Notes: a model not told the origin generated them from the letters alone. A stretch of 64,000 bases of DNA from Candidatus Omnitrophota bacterium (GCA_018817165.1 JAHITY010000128.1:5161-69160), one strand, 5' to 3'; shown: positions 1 to 8,240, counted from the stretch's first letter. Numbers and translations are program-made.

Positions 1-26
1 AGAGTGGTAACGAAATTAAATTGTAT

Positions 27-81
27 GACCGAAATAACCCTGAACCGAATGAGCGAAGCGAATTCTGGTTCCGGGGTAAAA
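27..81 (+). promoter_or_regulatory. Copy 1 of a duplicated ~55-nt motif (GAAATAACCCTGAACCGAA..TTCTGGTTCCGGGGTAAA) upstream of the sigma-factor gene. It may be an ECF-type autoregulated promoter (GAACC -35-like, TCTGG 16 nt downstream)
   Basis: About 85% identical to 221..277. It contains GAACC and, 16 nt downstream, TCTGGTT, resembling ECF -35/-10 spacing. The window edge prevents seeing the upstream context. Confidence 0.3.
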
Positions 82-220
82 CAAATAACAATACAATTTA
101 GGAAATAATTTACGTTGGCGTAAATTAGGCGATGCAGCCATTTACAATGCAGAGTTATGCATGTGAATGGCTTTTTTATTTGAGTACATAATTTACAGAG
201 CGAAGAGAAGTAAATGATAA

Positions 221-277
221 GTGCGAAAATAACCTTGAACCGAACGATCAAAGCGAGTTCTGGTTCCGGGGTAAAGG
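221..277 (+). promoter_or_regulatory. Copy 2 of the duplicated ~55-nt motif, lying just upstream of the favoured ATG at 286
   Basis: Direct repeat of 27..81. It is followed by AAAGGGGA (SD-like) and ATG 286. Confidence 0.3.
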
Positions 278-285
278 GGAAAAAT

Positions 286-816
286 ATGGAAATGACATTT
301 GAAGCATTGGTACAAAAAATAAATCCAAAGATCAAGGCAATTGCCAATAGGCTTGATGGTAAGTATACATCATTTTCTGATGATGATCTGTATCAAGAGT
401 CTTTGCTGCGGCTTTGGCAGAAGTTTAATGAAAGCAAGCTTGAGGATAAGACGGAAAGCTATATTGTTCAGGGTTGTTCTTTTGATATGAGGAATTATAT
501 CCGTACGCATTTTAAAGGTGTAGATCGCCGCTCAGTCAGCGCATATACCCCGATTAATGAGCAAGGTAATCTGCTGATTGATATTCTTCCTGAGAAGGAA
601 GCGGATAATCGGGAAGAGGTTTATGATACAGCAATGACTCTCGAAGATATCAGTCGAAAGCTGAGCGACAGAGAAAAGATTGTTTTGGAGAAGTCTTCAG
701 CAGGTTTAACTACCCGAGAGATTGGTGAGTATATTGGGACATCACATGTAATGGTAGTTAAAATAAAGAAGAAAATCCGCGATAAATGTCTGAAATTAGG
801 AGTAAAAAACAAGTAA
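286..816 (+). CDS. RNA polymerase sigma factor, sigma-70 family, ECF-like (regions 2 and 4 only)
   Basis: Region-2-like DDDLYQESLLRLWQKF and a region-4 HTH LTTREIGEYIGTSHVMVVKIKKKIRDK. The ORF track begins at 214, but the first 24 codons overlap repeat copy 2. ATG 286 has SD AAAGGGGA 6 nt upstream. Confidence 0.6.
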   Translation: MEMTFEALVQKINPKIKAIANRLDGKYTSFSDDDLYQESLLRLWQKFNESKLEDKTESYIVQGCSFDMRNYIRTHFKGVDRRSVSAYTPINEQGNLLIDILPEKEADNREEVYDTAMTLEDISRKLSDREKIVLEKSSAGLTTREIGEYIGTSHVMVVKIKKKIRDKCLKLGVKNK

Positions 817-972
817 CGGTTACCAAAATAACATTTTGATTACTTGTGTTACCATAAGAAGTATCAGATGAGTATATTTACCGAACAATGGTAAACTTAA
901 TTCATCAAAATCAGCAAAGAGTTAATTGTTAAGCTGAGATAGTAAAACACACATTGTTGTGTGACAAACAAA

Positions 973-1064
973 GGCGTTCTTAATTATATTAAGGAACGTT
1001 TTTTTATTTAAAGACTATGGCGTCTTTTCCCTCAGAGCTATTGAGAGAACAGACGCTTTTTTTA
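973..1064 (+). terminator. Two tandem intrinsic terminator-like hairpins after the sigma gene
   Basis: GGCGTTCTTAA..TTAAGGAACG followed by a T7 run, then GGCGTCT..AGACGC followed by a T7 run. Confidence 0.5.
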
Positions 1065-1090
1065 TTTTAAAGCTCTTTGATAATTTAAAA

Positions 1091-1174
1091 AATAATAATG
1101 ATTCCGAAAGTGCCTGCTTGGCCGCAGTCATTTCGGACTTAATTCTCCCGCCGAACTGCGGCGGGATCATTTAG
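1091..1174 (+). promoter_or_regulatory. N-leader repeat unit, modules A+B, immediately upstream of the P-II-like gene
   Basis: AATAATAATGATTCC header. Hairpin A is TCCGAAAGTGCCTGC-TTGGCC-GCAGTCATTTCGGA (1103..1137). Hairpin B is CCCGCCG-AACT(G)-CGGCGGG (1147..1165). Then ATCATTTAGGGAGG SD and ATG 1183. Confidence 0.6.
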
Positions 1175-1182
1175 GGAGGTGA

Positions 1183-1506
1183 ATGGTGAAAAAGATAGAA
1201 TGTATTATCCGGCAGGAAAAACTAAAAGAGTTAAGTGGCGCGCTTCGTTTGGCAGGAATAGCCGGAGCAACGGTTAGCGAGGTAAAAGGTTTTGGTAAGG
1301 AAGTGTCAAGGCCAGATAACTTTTTATTTTTACCAAAAACAAAAATCGAACTTTATATCACCGATGATCTTGTTGAAGATGTTGTGGCAACGATTATCAG
1401 TTGTTGTAAAGATGAATCCCTGGGAAGCGGTAAAATTGCTATTCTTCCCCTTGATGATTGTATTAGAGTAAGAACAGGAGAACGTGGAGATAAGGCTATT
1501 GTTTAA
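1183..1506 (+). CDS. P-II family-like small nitrogen regulatory protein (short T-loop variant, 107 aa)
   Basis: C-terminal GKIAILPLDDCIRVRTGERGDKAIV parallels [25 protein letters not shown] of the two glnK copies. N-terminal beta-alpha-beta VKKIECIIRQEKL...VSEVKGFGKE. Confidence 0.55.
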   Translation: MVKKIECIIRQEKLKELSGALRLAGIAGATVSEVKGFGKEVSRPDNFLFLPKTKIELYITDDLVEDVVATIISCCKDESLGSGKIAILPLDDCIRVRTGERGDKAIV

Positions 1507-1799
1507 ATAATAATGATTCCCGAATCAGCAGCTGGTCGCTGCTTCTCGGGCGAAATTCGAGCTGGCTGACTTGACGTCACTTGTGTTCCGTAAGTCAGGC
1601 GTAAATAATAATGATTCCGAAAGTGTCTGCTTGGCCGCAGCCATTTCGGACTAAATTCGAGCAGGCTGACTTGACGTCACTTGTGTTCCGTAAGTCAGGC
1701 ATAATAATAATGATTCCGAAAGTGTCTGCTTGGCCGCAGCCATTTCGGACTAAATTCGAGCAGGCTGACTTGACGTCACTTGTGTTCCGTAAGTCAGGC
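1506..1799 (+). repeat. Tandem array of 3 N-leader repeat units (A'+C, A+C, A+C) between the P-II-like stop codon and the amt1 SD
   Basis: Units are at 1506..1600, 1604..1700 and 1703..1799. Units 2 and 3 are identical, with a 99-nt period. Hairpin A' is TCCCGAATCAGCAGC-TGGTC-GCTGCTTCTCGGG. Hairpin C is GGCTGACTTGACG-TCACTTGTGTT-CCGTAAGTCAGGC. It is followed by TCTCATTTAAAGGAGG and ATG 1819. Confidence 0.7.
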
Positions 1800-1818
1800 T
1801 CTCATTTAAAGGAGGGGT

Positions 1819-3195
1819 GTGATGTTGAATACTTTTTGGAGAAAAACGCGATTTATATTAGGTGGGTTTTTAATGTTGTCTCTATTGTGGGCATTACCGG
1901 CATTTGCTGAAGGAGAGACAGCAGAGAGCAATGCAACGGCAATAAATACAGTTTGGACTTTGCTGGCAGCGTTCTTGGTATTTTTTATGCAGGCTGGGTT
2001 TGCTATGGTTGAGACCGGTTTTACCAGAGCGAAAAACTCATGCAATATTATGATGAAGAATTTAATGGATTTCAGTGTGGGGTCTATTGCTTATTGGCTG
2101 GTTGGTTTTGGGATTATGTTTGGCACAAGCGCAATGGGATTGTTTGGCACAGATGGTTTTTTCTTAAGCGCGGGAGATCCTTCAACTGGTGAAGGTTTAT
2201 GGAAGTTTGCTTATTGGATGTTTCAGGCAGTGTTTGCGGCAACAGCAGCTACTATAGTATCTGGGGCAATGGCTGAACGCACAAAATTTTCCGCATACCT
2301 TTTTTATAGCATTTTTATTACTGCTTTGATTTATCCGGTTGTTGGGCACTGGATATGGGGAGGCGGCTGGCTTGCCCAAAAAGGGATGATTGATTTTGCT
2401 GGTTCGACAGTTGTTCATTCGGTTGGTGGATGGGCTGCTCTTGCGGGTGCGATGCTACTTGGCCCAAGATTGGGTAAATATAATAAGGATGGTTCTTCCA
2501 AAGCAATTCCCGGACATAATATTCCTTTGGCAGCTTTAGGTGTATTTATTCTTTGGTTTGGCTGGTTTGGGTTTAATCCAGGTAGCACTACTGCAGGAAC
2601 AAATCTTAGTATTGCAACAATAGCAGTAACTACAAACTTGGCAGCAGCAGCTGGTTCGATAATCGCGATGTTTGTAACTTGGAAAAGATATGGAAAACCT
2701 GATTTATCAATGACTTTAAACGGAGCGCTAGCCGGATTGGTAGCAATCACTGCTCCTTGCGCAAGTGTTTCACCATTAAGCGCGATAATAATTGGAGCGA
2801 TTGGTGGTTTACTGGTTGTATTTAGTGTTGAATTTATTGATAAAGTTTTAAAGATAGATGATCCTGTAGGCGCGATATCAGTACATGGTGTTTGCGGCGC
2901 TTGGGGAACATTGAGTGTTGGTCTTTTTGCCCAAGCTGCGTATGGTGAATCAAGCGGGATGGGCGCGATCAATGGTTTGTTTTTCGGCGGCGGAACTGCT
3001 CAATTAATGACGCAGATTATTGGTATTGCCGCTGTATTTGCTTGGGTTTTTGTCGCGGCACTAATTGTGTTTTCTATAGCAAAAGCAATCATGGGTTTAC
3101 GGGTAACAGATGAAGAACAGCTAAAAGGTCTTGATATTGGCGAACATGGCATGGAAGCTTATGCTGGATTTCAGATCTTTTCAACAGAATCATAA
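1819..3195 (+). CDS. amtB: Ammonium transporter Amt (copy 1), with signal peptide
   Basis: 458 aa, polytopic. Amt signatures [20 protein letters not shown] and GFNPGS. About 60% identical to copy 2. Confidence 0.93.
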   Translation: MMLNTFWRKTRFILGGFLMLSLLWALPAFAEGETAESNATAINTVWTLLAAFLVFFMQAGFAMVETGFTRAKNSCNIMMKNLMDFSVGSIAYWLVGFGIMFGTSAMGLFGTDGFFLSAGDPSTGEGLWKFAYWMFQAVFAATAATIVSGAMAERTKFSAYLFYSIFITALIYPVVGHWIWGGGWLAQKGMIDFAGSTVVHSVGGWAALAGAMLLGPRLGKYNKDGSSKAIPGHNIPLAALGVFILWFGWFGFNPGSTTAGTNLSIATIAVTTNLAAAAGSIIAMFVTWKRYGKPDLSMTLNGALAGLVAITAPCASVSPLSAIIIGAIGGLLVVFSVEFIDKVLKIDDPVGAISVHGVCGAWGTLSVGLFAQAAYGESSGMGAINGLFFGGGTAQLMTQIIGIAAVFAWVFVAALIVFSIAKAIMGLRVTDEEQLKGLDIGEHGMEAYAGFQIFSTES

Positions 3196-3306
3196 AATAT
3201 AAAATTTGATTTAGCCCGTGCCTTTGTTTTAAATTACTAAAGGTGCGGGTAAAATCAAAACATTCCGCCATAAGGCGGCGGGATATTTAATGGGAGGGGA
3301 AATAAA

Positions 3307-3648
3307 ATGAAACTGATAATAGCAATGATTCAACCGCATAAATTACCGGATGTTAAAAAAGCGCTTTTTGAAGCAGATGTACACAAGATGACAGTAACCA
3401 ATGTTTTAGGTTGCGGGCAGCAAAAAGGTTTTACTGAAACATACCGCGGAGTTATTCATGAAGTTAATTTATTGAAAAAACTAAAACTTGAAATCGCGGT
3501 AAATGAGCAATATGTAAAAACTACAGTAGACGCGATTATTAAAGGCGCGCGGATCGGTAAAATCGGGGATGGTAAGATCTTTGTCCTGGATATGCCGGAA
3601 TGTATTCGGATTAGAACCGGAGAGACTGGTTCAAAAGCAATTGGCTGA
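3307..3648 (+). CDS. glnK: Nitrogen regulatory protein P-II (GlnK-type, copy 1)
   Basis: 113 aa. [54 protein letters not shown]. Located directly downstream of amt. Confidence 0.93.
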   Translation: MKLIIAMIQPHKLPDVKKALFEADVHKMTVTNVLGCGQQKGFTETYRGVIHEVNLLKKLKLEIAVNEQYVKTTVDAIIKGARIGKIGDGKIFVLDMPECIRIRTGETGSKAIG

Positions 3649-3683
3649 CTTGACGTCGCTAAAAAAGCTCCGTAAGTCAGGTG
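3643..3683 (+). promoter_or_regulatory. Solo module-C hairpin of the N-leader repeat, beginning inside the glnK1 stop codon
   Basis: GGCTGACTTGACG-TCGCTAAAAAAGCT-CCGTAAGTCAGG followed by TGCTCATTTAA. It has the same stem as the other C modules and a different loop. Confidence 0.5.
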
Positions 3684-3774
3684 CTCATTTAATTATTAAG
3701 TTACCGAAAACAAGTTTTTTTTACTTGTATATTTGTAAATAACTAACTGGTACATTGAAGTACCCACAAAAAAC

Positions 3775-3824
3775 AAAGACGTTTTGATCCTTTTTTAAAA
3801 AAGGGTTGAAACGTCTTTTTATTT
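3775..3824 (+). terminator. Intrinsic terminator after the amt1-glnK1 operon
   Basis: 10-bp stem AAAGACGTTT/AAACGTCTTT, with an inner CCTTTTTT/AAAAAAGG hairpin in the loop, followed by TTTTTATTT. Confidence 0.6.
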
Positions 3825-3834
3825 AGGTGATATA

Positions 3835-4014
3835 ATGGAAAATATAAATTTGATTCAAGCCCTAAAGCAAGTTAAAGAAGAACGGGGCTATACCTTGTAT
3901 GATTTATCTAAGAAATTGGATATACAGGTCTCTACGGTTTCTCGCTGGTTTAAAACAAATAGAATTAATCGGGTTTACGCGGAGTTAGTAAAAGAAAAAC
4001 TAAAACTTTTTTGA
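3835..4014 (+). CDS. Small HTH DNA-binding protein (59 aa, XRE-like). It is not in the ORF track, which has a 60-aa cutoff
   Basis: MENINLIQALKQVKEERGYTLYDLSKKLDIQVSTVSRWFKTNRINRVYAELVKEKLKLF. It has a helix-turn-helix (LYDLSKKLDIQVSTVSRW) and lies between the two amt-glnK modules. Confidence 0.45.
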   Translation: MENINLIQALKQVKEERGYTLYDLSKKLDIQVSTVSRWFKTNRINRVYAELVKEKLKLF

Positions 4015-4078
4015 TTTTTTTTAAATAATATTTCTCAGTTAATTAATCAGTTCCATAACCAAAGGAGGGAAGATTATA

Positions 4079-5419
4079 ATGGGCAAGTTTAGTAAAATTG
4101 TTGGTATTAGTATGGCAACGGTCTTAACAATTTTCATGATAAGTCCGTTCGCGTTTGCCGCAGATACCAGCATGGCAGAAGTAGTAAGAGGTTTGGATAC
4201 TGTCTGGGTTTTGATCGCGGCGTTTCTGGTTTTTTTTATGCAGGCTGGTTTTGGCATGGTAGAAGCGGGTTTTATCCGAGCGAAAAATACCTGTAATATT
4301 TTAACTAAAAATTTTCTTGATTTTTGCATGGCTTCAATTGGTTTTTTTGTTTTTGGTTATGCGATTATGTTTGGTACGGGTAATGGTTTTATGGGCATGC
4401 AGGGCTGGTGCTTATCTGGAGCGCAAAGCGGAGCAAATATTCCATTAGCTGCTTTTTGGCTGTTTCAGGCTGCTTTTTGCGGAGCGGCAGCAACAATTGT
4501 TGCCGGCGGCATGGCAGAGAGAATGAAGTTTGTGTCATATCTTGCTTATTCATTTATAATCTCGGCATTTATTTATCCTATAGTAGGGCATTGGGTATGG
4601 GGCGGAGGCTGGTTAAGCGGATTAGGCTTTGCTGATTTTGCTGGTTCAACTGTTGTTCATGCGGTGGGCGGTTTTGCCGCATTGATCGGAACAATAATTT
4701 TAAAACCAAGAGAAGGTAAATATAATAAAGATGGTTCGGCAAACGCGATTTCCGGGCATTCTATTCCTTTGGCTTCTTTGGGTGTATTTATTCTTTGGTT
4801 TGGCTGGTTTGGTTTTAATCCCGGTTCAACGCTGGGAGTGGGCAATGGAGATTTAATTGCTCGCGTTGCGATAAATACAAATTTAGCAGCAGCTGCCGGA
4901 GGGATTGTGGCAATGCTCACAGTTTGGAAAATGTTTGGTAAACCTGATTTATCAATGGCAATGAATGGGGCCTTAGCTGGTCTTGTGGCAATTACCGCTC
5001 CTTGTGCTTTTGTCGATTCTTGGGCAGCGATTGTGATTGGCGCGGTTGGCGGAGTATTGGTGGTATTGGCTGTAGTTTTACTGGATAAATTACATATTGA
5101 TGATCCTGTCGGCGCTTTTCCTGTTCATGGAGTAAATGGAGTTTGGGGTACACTATCAGTTGGAATTTTTGGTAAACAGGCTCTGGGTCTTGCGCATGAG
5201 GGATTAATTTATGGCGGTGGATTTACGCAGTTAGCAATTCAGCTTTTGGGGGTTGCTACTGTTGCTGTGTTTATTTTGATCACTATGGGAACTGTGTTTA
5301 AAATTCTTAACAGTACTATTGGTTTAAGAGTTTCTCGAGAAGAAGAATTAAGAGGGCTTGATATTTGCGAGCATGGTATGGAATCGTATGCTGGTTTTCA
5401 GATTTTTGTTACAGAATAA
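4079..5419 (+). CDS. amtB: Ammonium transporter Amt (copy 2)
   Basis: 446 aa paralog. [36 protein letters not shown] upstream. Confidence 0.93.
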   Translation: MGKFSKIVGISMATVLTIFMISPFAFAADTSMAEVVRGLDTVWVLIAAFLVFFMQAGFGMVEAGFIRAKNTCNILTKNFLDFCMASIGFFVFGYAIMFGTGNGFMGMQGWCLSGAQSGANIPLAAFWLFQAAFCGAAATIVAGGMAERMKFVSYLAYSFIISAFIYPIVGHWVWGGGWLSGLGFADFAGSTVVHAVGGFAALIGTIILKPREGKYNKDGSANAISGHSIPLASLGVFILWFGWFGFNPGSTLGVGNGDLIARVAINTNLAAAAGGIVAMLTVWKMFGKPDLSMAMNGALAGLVAITAPCAFVDSWAAIVIGAVGGVLVVLAVVLLDKLHIDDPVGAFPVHGVNGVWGTLSVGIFGKQALGLAHEGLIYGGGFTQLAIQLLGVATVAVFILITMGTVFKILNSTIGLRVSREEELRGLDICEHGMESYAGFQIFVTE

Positions 5420-5433
5420 AAGGGAGGGTTTAT

Positions 5434-5775
5434 ATGAAATTAATTATTGCGATGATTCAGCCGTATAAATTGCCGGATGTAAAGCAGGCGCTTTTTGAGG
5501 CAGGGGTGCATAAAATGACGGTAACCAATGCGCTGGGCTGCGGACAGCAAAAGGGTTTTACTGAGACATACCGCGGAGTTATTCATGAGGTGAATCTGCT
5601 TAAAAAAATTAAACTGGAAATCGCGGTTAATGCGGATTTTGTCCAGCCGACAATTGACGCGATTATTAAAGGAGCAAGAACCGGTAATATCGGAGATGGA
5701 AAGATTTTTGTCCTGGATATGCCGGAATGCATCCGTATTCGTACCGGAGAAAAGGGCAAAGAAGCTATTGGGTAA
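5434..5775 (+). CDS. glnK: Nitrogen regulatory protein P-II (GlnK-type, copy 2)
   Basis: 113 aa, about 85% identical to copy 1. The ORF track starts at 5365, but the homologous MKLIIAMIQ start at 5434 has SD AAGGGAGGG. Confidence 0.93.
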   Translation: MKLIIAMIQPYKLPDVKQALFEAGVHKMTVTNALGCGQQKGFTETYRGVIHEVNLLKKIKLEIAVNADFVQPTIDAIIKGARTGNIGDGKIFVLDMPECIRIRTGEKGKEAIG

Positions 5776-5872
5776 GAATTTTATTGACAAGTTACCAGAA
5801 AATTGATAAAGTTACTTTAATCATATAGGCACAAAGAAGTGCTTAAAAATGAGGCATAATGAAAAAGACAAT

Positions 5873-5912
5873 GGTGTTCTTTTGGTTGTATAAAAGAACG
5901 CCATTTTTATTT
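5873..5912 (+). terminator. Terminator-like hairpin between glnK2 and glnN
   Basis: GGTGTTCTTTT-GGTTGTAT-AAAAGAACGCC (11 bp with one G.U) followed by ATTTTTATTT. Confidence 0.4.
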
Positions 5913-5958
5913 ACAAATTAGATTTTAAATTATGAATTAAAACAATAAGGAGGAATTT

Positions 5959-8061
5959 ATGGCAAGTGTAACTAAAATTTTTGGGGAGCTGACTTTTAGT
6001 AAAAAAGTCATGGCGGAAAAGTTAAGCAAGGATGTGTATAGTAAATTACTGGCAACTATCGAAGGCGGACAAGCGCTGGATGAGTCAATTGCCGGTGATG
6101 TGGCTCATGCAATGAAGGAATGGGCAATTGAAAACGGAGCAACCCATTTCACTCATTGGTTTCAACCGCAACGCGGCGGCACTGCGGAAAAACATGATGC
6201 TTTTCTGAGCTATGGTAAGAATGGCGAAATAGTTGACAGATTATCAGCCAGACAGCTTATTCAATCAGAGCCTGATGCATCATCATTTCCATCAGGGGGA
6301 ATGCGTTCTACTTTTGAAGCACGTGGATATACTGCTTGGGACCCGACATCTCCCGCGTTTTTATTAGAAGCGGGTGATACCAAGACTTTGGTAATCCCAT
6401 CTGTTTTCTTATCCTGGACAGGTGATGTTTTAGATCTAAAGACTCCGATGCTGCGTTCAATGAAAGCAGTTAGCAAAGCAGCGCTTAGATTGCAGGGACT
6501 GTTGGGTAATAAAAAAGTTAAATCAATTAAAGTTTTTGGCGGACCAGAACAAGAATATTTTCTTTTCTCAAAGCAACTTTTTGAAACGCGTCCGGACTTA
6601 ATTATTTGCGGACGGACTTTATTCGGTGCTCAGCCGGCAAAAGGCCAGCAAATGGAAGATCATTATTTTGGCGCGATCAAATCAAAAGTAATTGAGTTTA
6701 TGGAAGATTTTGATAATGAATTGTACCGCAGAGGAATTCCCGCGAAAACTCGTCATAATGAAGTTTCGCCAAACCAGTTTGAAATCGCTCCTTTATATGA
6801 AGAGGTAAATTTGGCAATAGATCATAATCTGCAATTAATGGATATTATCCAAAAAGTCGCTGATCGTTATGATTTGGTTGCTGTGCTTCATGAAAAACCG
6901 CTGGGCGGCGTAAATGGTTCGGGAAAACATTTTAATATGTCGATCGGTGATAATACGGGCGCTAATTATTTTGAGCCATCAAGCAGTCCTCAGAATAATC
7001 TGATTTTTCTCCTCTCTTTAGGCGCGCTTATGCTGGGTGTTGACAAATTTGGCGGATTATTAAGGGGTGTGGTTGCTGATGCGGGAAATGATCATCGCTT
7101 GGGTGCTAATGAAGCTCCGCCGGCAATTATCTCAGTTTATCTGGGTGAATATCTTGATGCTATTCTTAATGAAATCGAGGGAATAGGCGCGGTTACTGAT
7201 AAAAAACTCTCGGAAATTTATTTAGGGCTGCAAGATTTGCCAAAAGTAGCAAAAGATACTTCTGATAGAAATAGAACATCACCATTGGCTTTTACTGGCA
7301 ATAAATTTGAGTTCAGAGCAGTGGGTTCATCACAGAACTGTGCTGAGGCAGCTACTTTATTAAATATGCTTATGGCTTATGGATATAATGAAATTGCTGA
7401 TGGAATTGAGAAAAGTACAGCAAAATCAGATGCTAAAGCAATTGAAGTATTAGAAAAAGTATTGAAAAAAACAAAACATGTGCGGTTTGAGGGAAATAAT
7501 TATTCCGAAAAATGGCATAAAGAAGCAGCCAAGCGCGGATTGCCAAATACAAAAAATACTCCTGAAGCTTTAGAACAGTTTTTACAAAAAGATGTAATTA
7601 AATTGTATGAAAGCATGGGTATTTTAACTGAAAAAGAAGTTCATTCAAAAATCGAAATTAAACTTGAAGCCTATAATAAAATTAAGGAAATCGAGTTTAA
7701 AACAGCAATGAATATGGCTAAAACATTGGTGATGCCGGCGATATTAAAGCAGATTGGATTACTTGCTGACGCGAATGCTGGAATAAAATCAGCTGGAATT
7801 AAAACAATAAGCAGCATTGCTTCAGATATAAAAGAAGCGAATAAAGTTTATGAGGCATTACAGGTTGGAATCAGTGGTTTGAATAAAGAATTAACAATGG
7901 CAGCAAAGGCTGATGATGAGTTGAAGAAATCAAAACTCATGGCTGGAAAATGTGTTGCTGCTTTAGATAAGCTAAGGGTTGCGGTAGATACAGCTGAAGA
8001 ATTAGTTGCTGATGAACTTTGGCCAATGGCAAAATATCAGGAACTATTGCTGGTTTTATAA
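5959..8061 (+). CDS. glnN: Glutamine synthetase type III (GlnN)
   Basis: 700 aa. N-terminal KEWAIENGATHFTHWFQP block characteristic of GSIII. Catalytic NGSGKHFNMS. The size matches GSIII rather than GSI. Confidence 0.88.
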   Translation: MASVTKIFGELTFSKKVMAEKLSKDVYSKLLATIEGGQALDESIAGDVAHAMKEWAIENGATHFTHWFQPQRGGTAEKHDAFLSYGKNGEIVDRLSARQLIQSEPDASSFPSGGMRSTFEARGYTAWDPTSPAFLLEAGDTKTLVIPSVFLSWTGDVLDLKTPMLRSMKAVSKAALRLQGLLGNKKVKSIKVFGGPEQEYFLFSKQLFETRPDLIICGRTLFGAQPAKGQQMEDHYFGAIKSKVIEFMEDFDNELYRRGIPAKTRHNEVSPNQFEIAPLYEEVNLAIDHNLQLMDIIQKVADRYDLVAVLHEKPLGGVNGSGKHFNMSIGDNTGANYFEPSSSPQNNLIFLLSLGALMLGVDKFGGLLRGVVADAGNDHRLGANEAPPAIISVYLGEYLDAILNEIEGIGAVTDKKLSEIYLGLQDLPKVAKDTSDRNRTSPLAFTGNKFEFRAVGSSQNCAEAATLLNMLMAYGYNEIADGIEKSTAKSDAKAIEVLEKVLKKTKHVRFEGNNYSEKWHKEAAKRGLPNTKNTPEALEQFLQKDVIKLYESMGILTEKEVHSKIEIKLEAYNKIKEIEFKTAMNMAKTLVMPAILKQIGLLADANAGIKSAGIKTISSIASDIKEANKVYEALQVGISGLNKELTMAAKADDELKKSKLMAGKCVAALDKLRVAVDTAEELVADELWPMAKYQELLLVL

Positions 8062-8098
8062 GGATTAGTTTAGTTGATAATTAACAATTAGGATCTAA

Positions 8099-8135
8099 AG
8101 AGCGATACTTTAAAAAAGTATCGCTCTTATGTCCA
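8099..8135 (+). terminator. Intrinsic terminator after glnN
   Basis: AGAGCGATACT-TTAAAAAA-GTATCGCTCT, an 11-bp perfect stem followed by TAT. Confidence 0.5.
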
Positions 8136-8156
8136 TTAAAAAGTAACAAAATATTC

Positions 8157-8240
8157 ATAATAATGACTCCAAAAGTGCCTGCTTGGCCGCAGTCATTTTG
8201 GACTAAATCCCTGCCAAAAAGCGGCGGGATCATTTAAAGG
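8157..8240 (+). promoter_or_regulatory. N-leader repeat unit, modules A+B, upstream of the amidotransferase gene
   Basis: ATAATAATGACTCC, hairpin A TCCAAAAGTGCCTGC-TTGGCC-GCAGTCATTTTGGA (8168..8202), hairpin B CCTGCC-AAAAAGC-GGCGGG, then ATCATTTAAAGG and ATG 8251. Confidence 0.6.

Noticed and set aside
214-285. N-terminal 24 codons of the sigma-factor ORF as given in the ORF track
   Set aside because: This segment is copy 2 of a duplicated non-coding-looking motif also present at 27..81, where it is not in an ORF. The downstream ATG 286 has a good SD.
1560-1600. NtcA (GTA-N8-TAC), TnrA/GlnR (TGTNA-N7-TNACA) or NrpR (GGAA-N6-TTCC) operators inside the repeat
   Set aside because: No match with correct spacing in any unit. 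The TTGACGTCA palindrome in cluster 2 is reduced to GACGTC in cluster 4, so it is not a conserved dyad.
1616-1650. Sigma-54 (-24 TGGC / -12 TTGC) promoter within module A (CTTGGCCGCAGCCATTTCGG)
   Set aside because: GG and GC are not at the required 10-bp spacing (TGGC-N8-ATTTC), and no TTGCA -12 element is present. No EBP with an AAA+ domain is nearby.
1611-1910. A 99-aa ORF (MIPKVSAWPQPFRTKFEQADLTSLVFRKSG repeated) running through the tandem repeat units
   Set aside because: It exists only because the 99-nt repeat period happens to be a multiple of 3 in this array. In the 9142..9342 array the period is about 101 nt and the same frame hits a stop after 20 codons. It overlaps the amt1 SD and start. 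It is a translation artefact of the repeat, not a gene.
2415-2972. Antisense ORFs inside amt1, amt2, gltB, carB, dnaK and other genes (for example 2415..2972-, 4657..4920-, 12187..12489-, 31912..32502-, 61254..61637-, 51481..52077-)
   Set aside because: They lie fully inside well-supported, conserved CDSs on the opposite strand, and their products have low-complexity composition. They are typical spurious ORFs.
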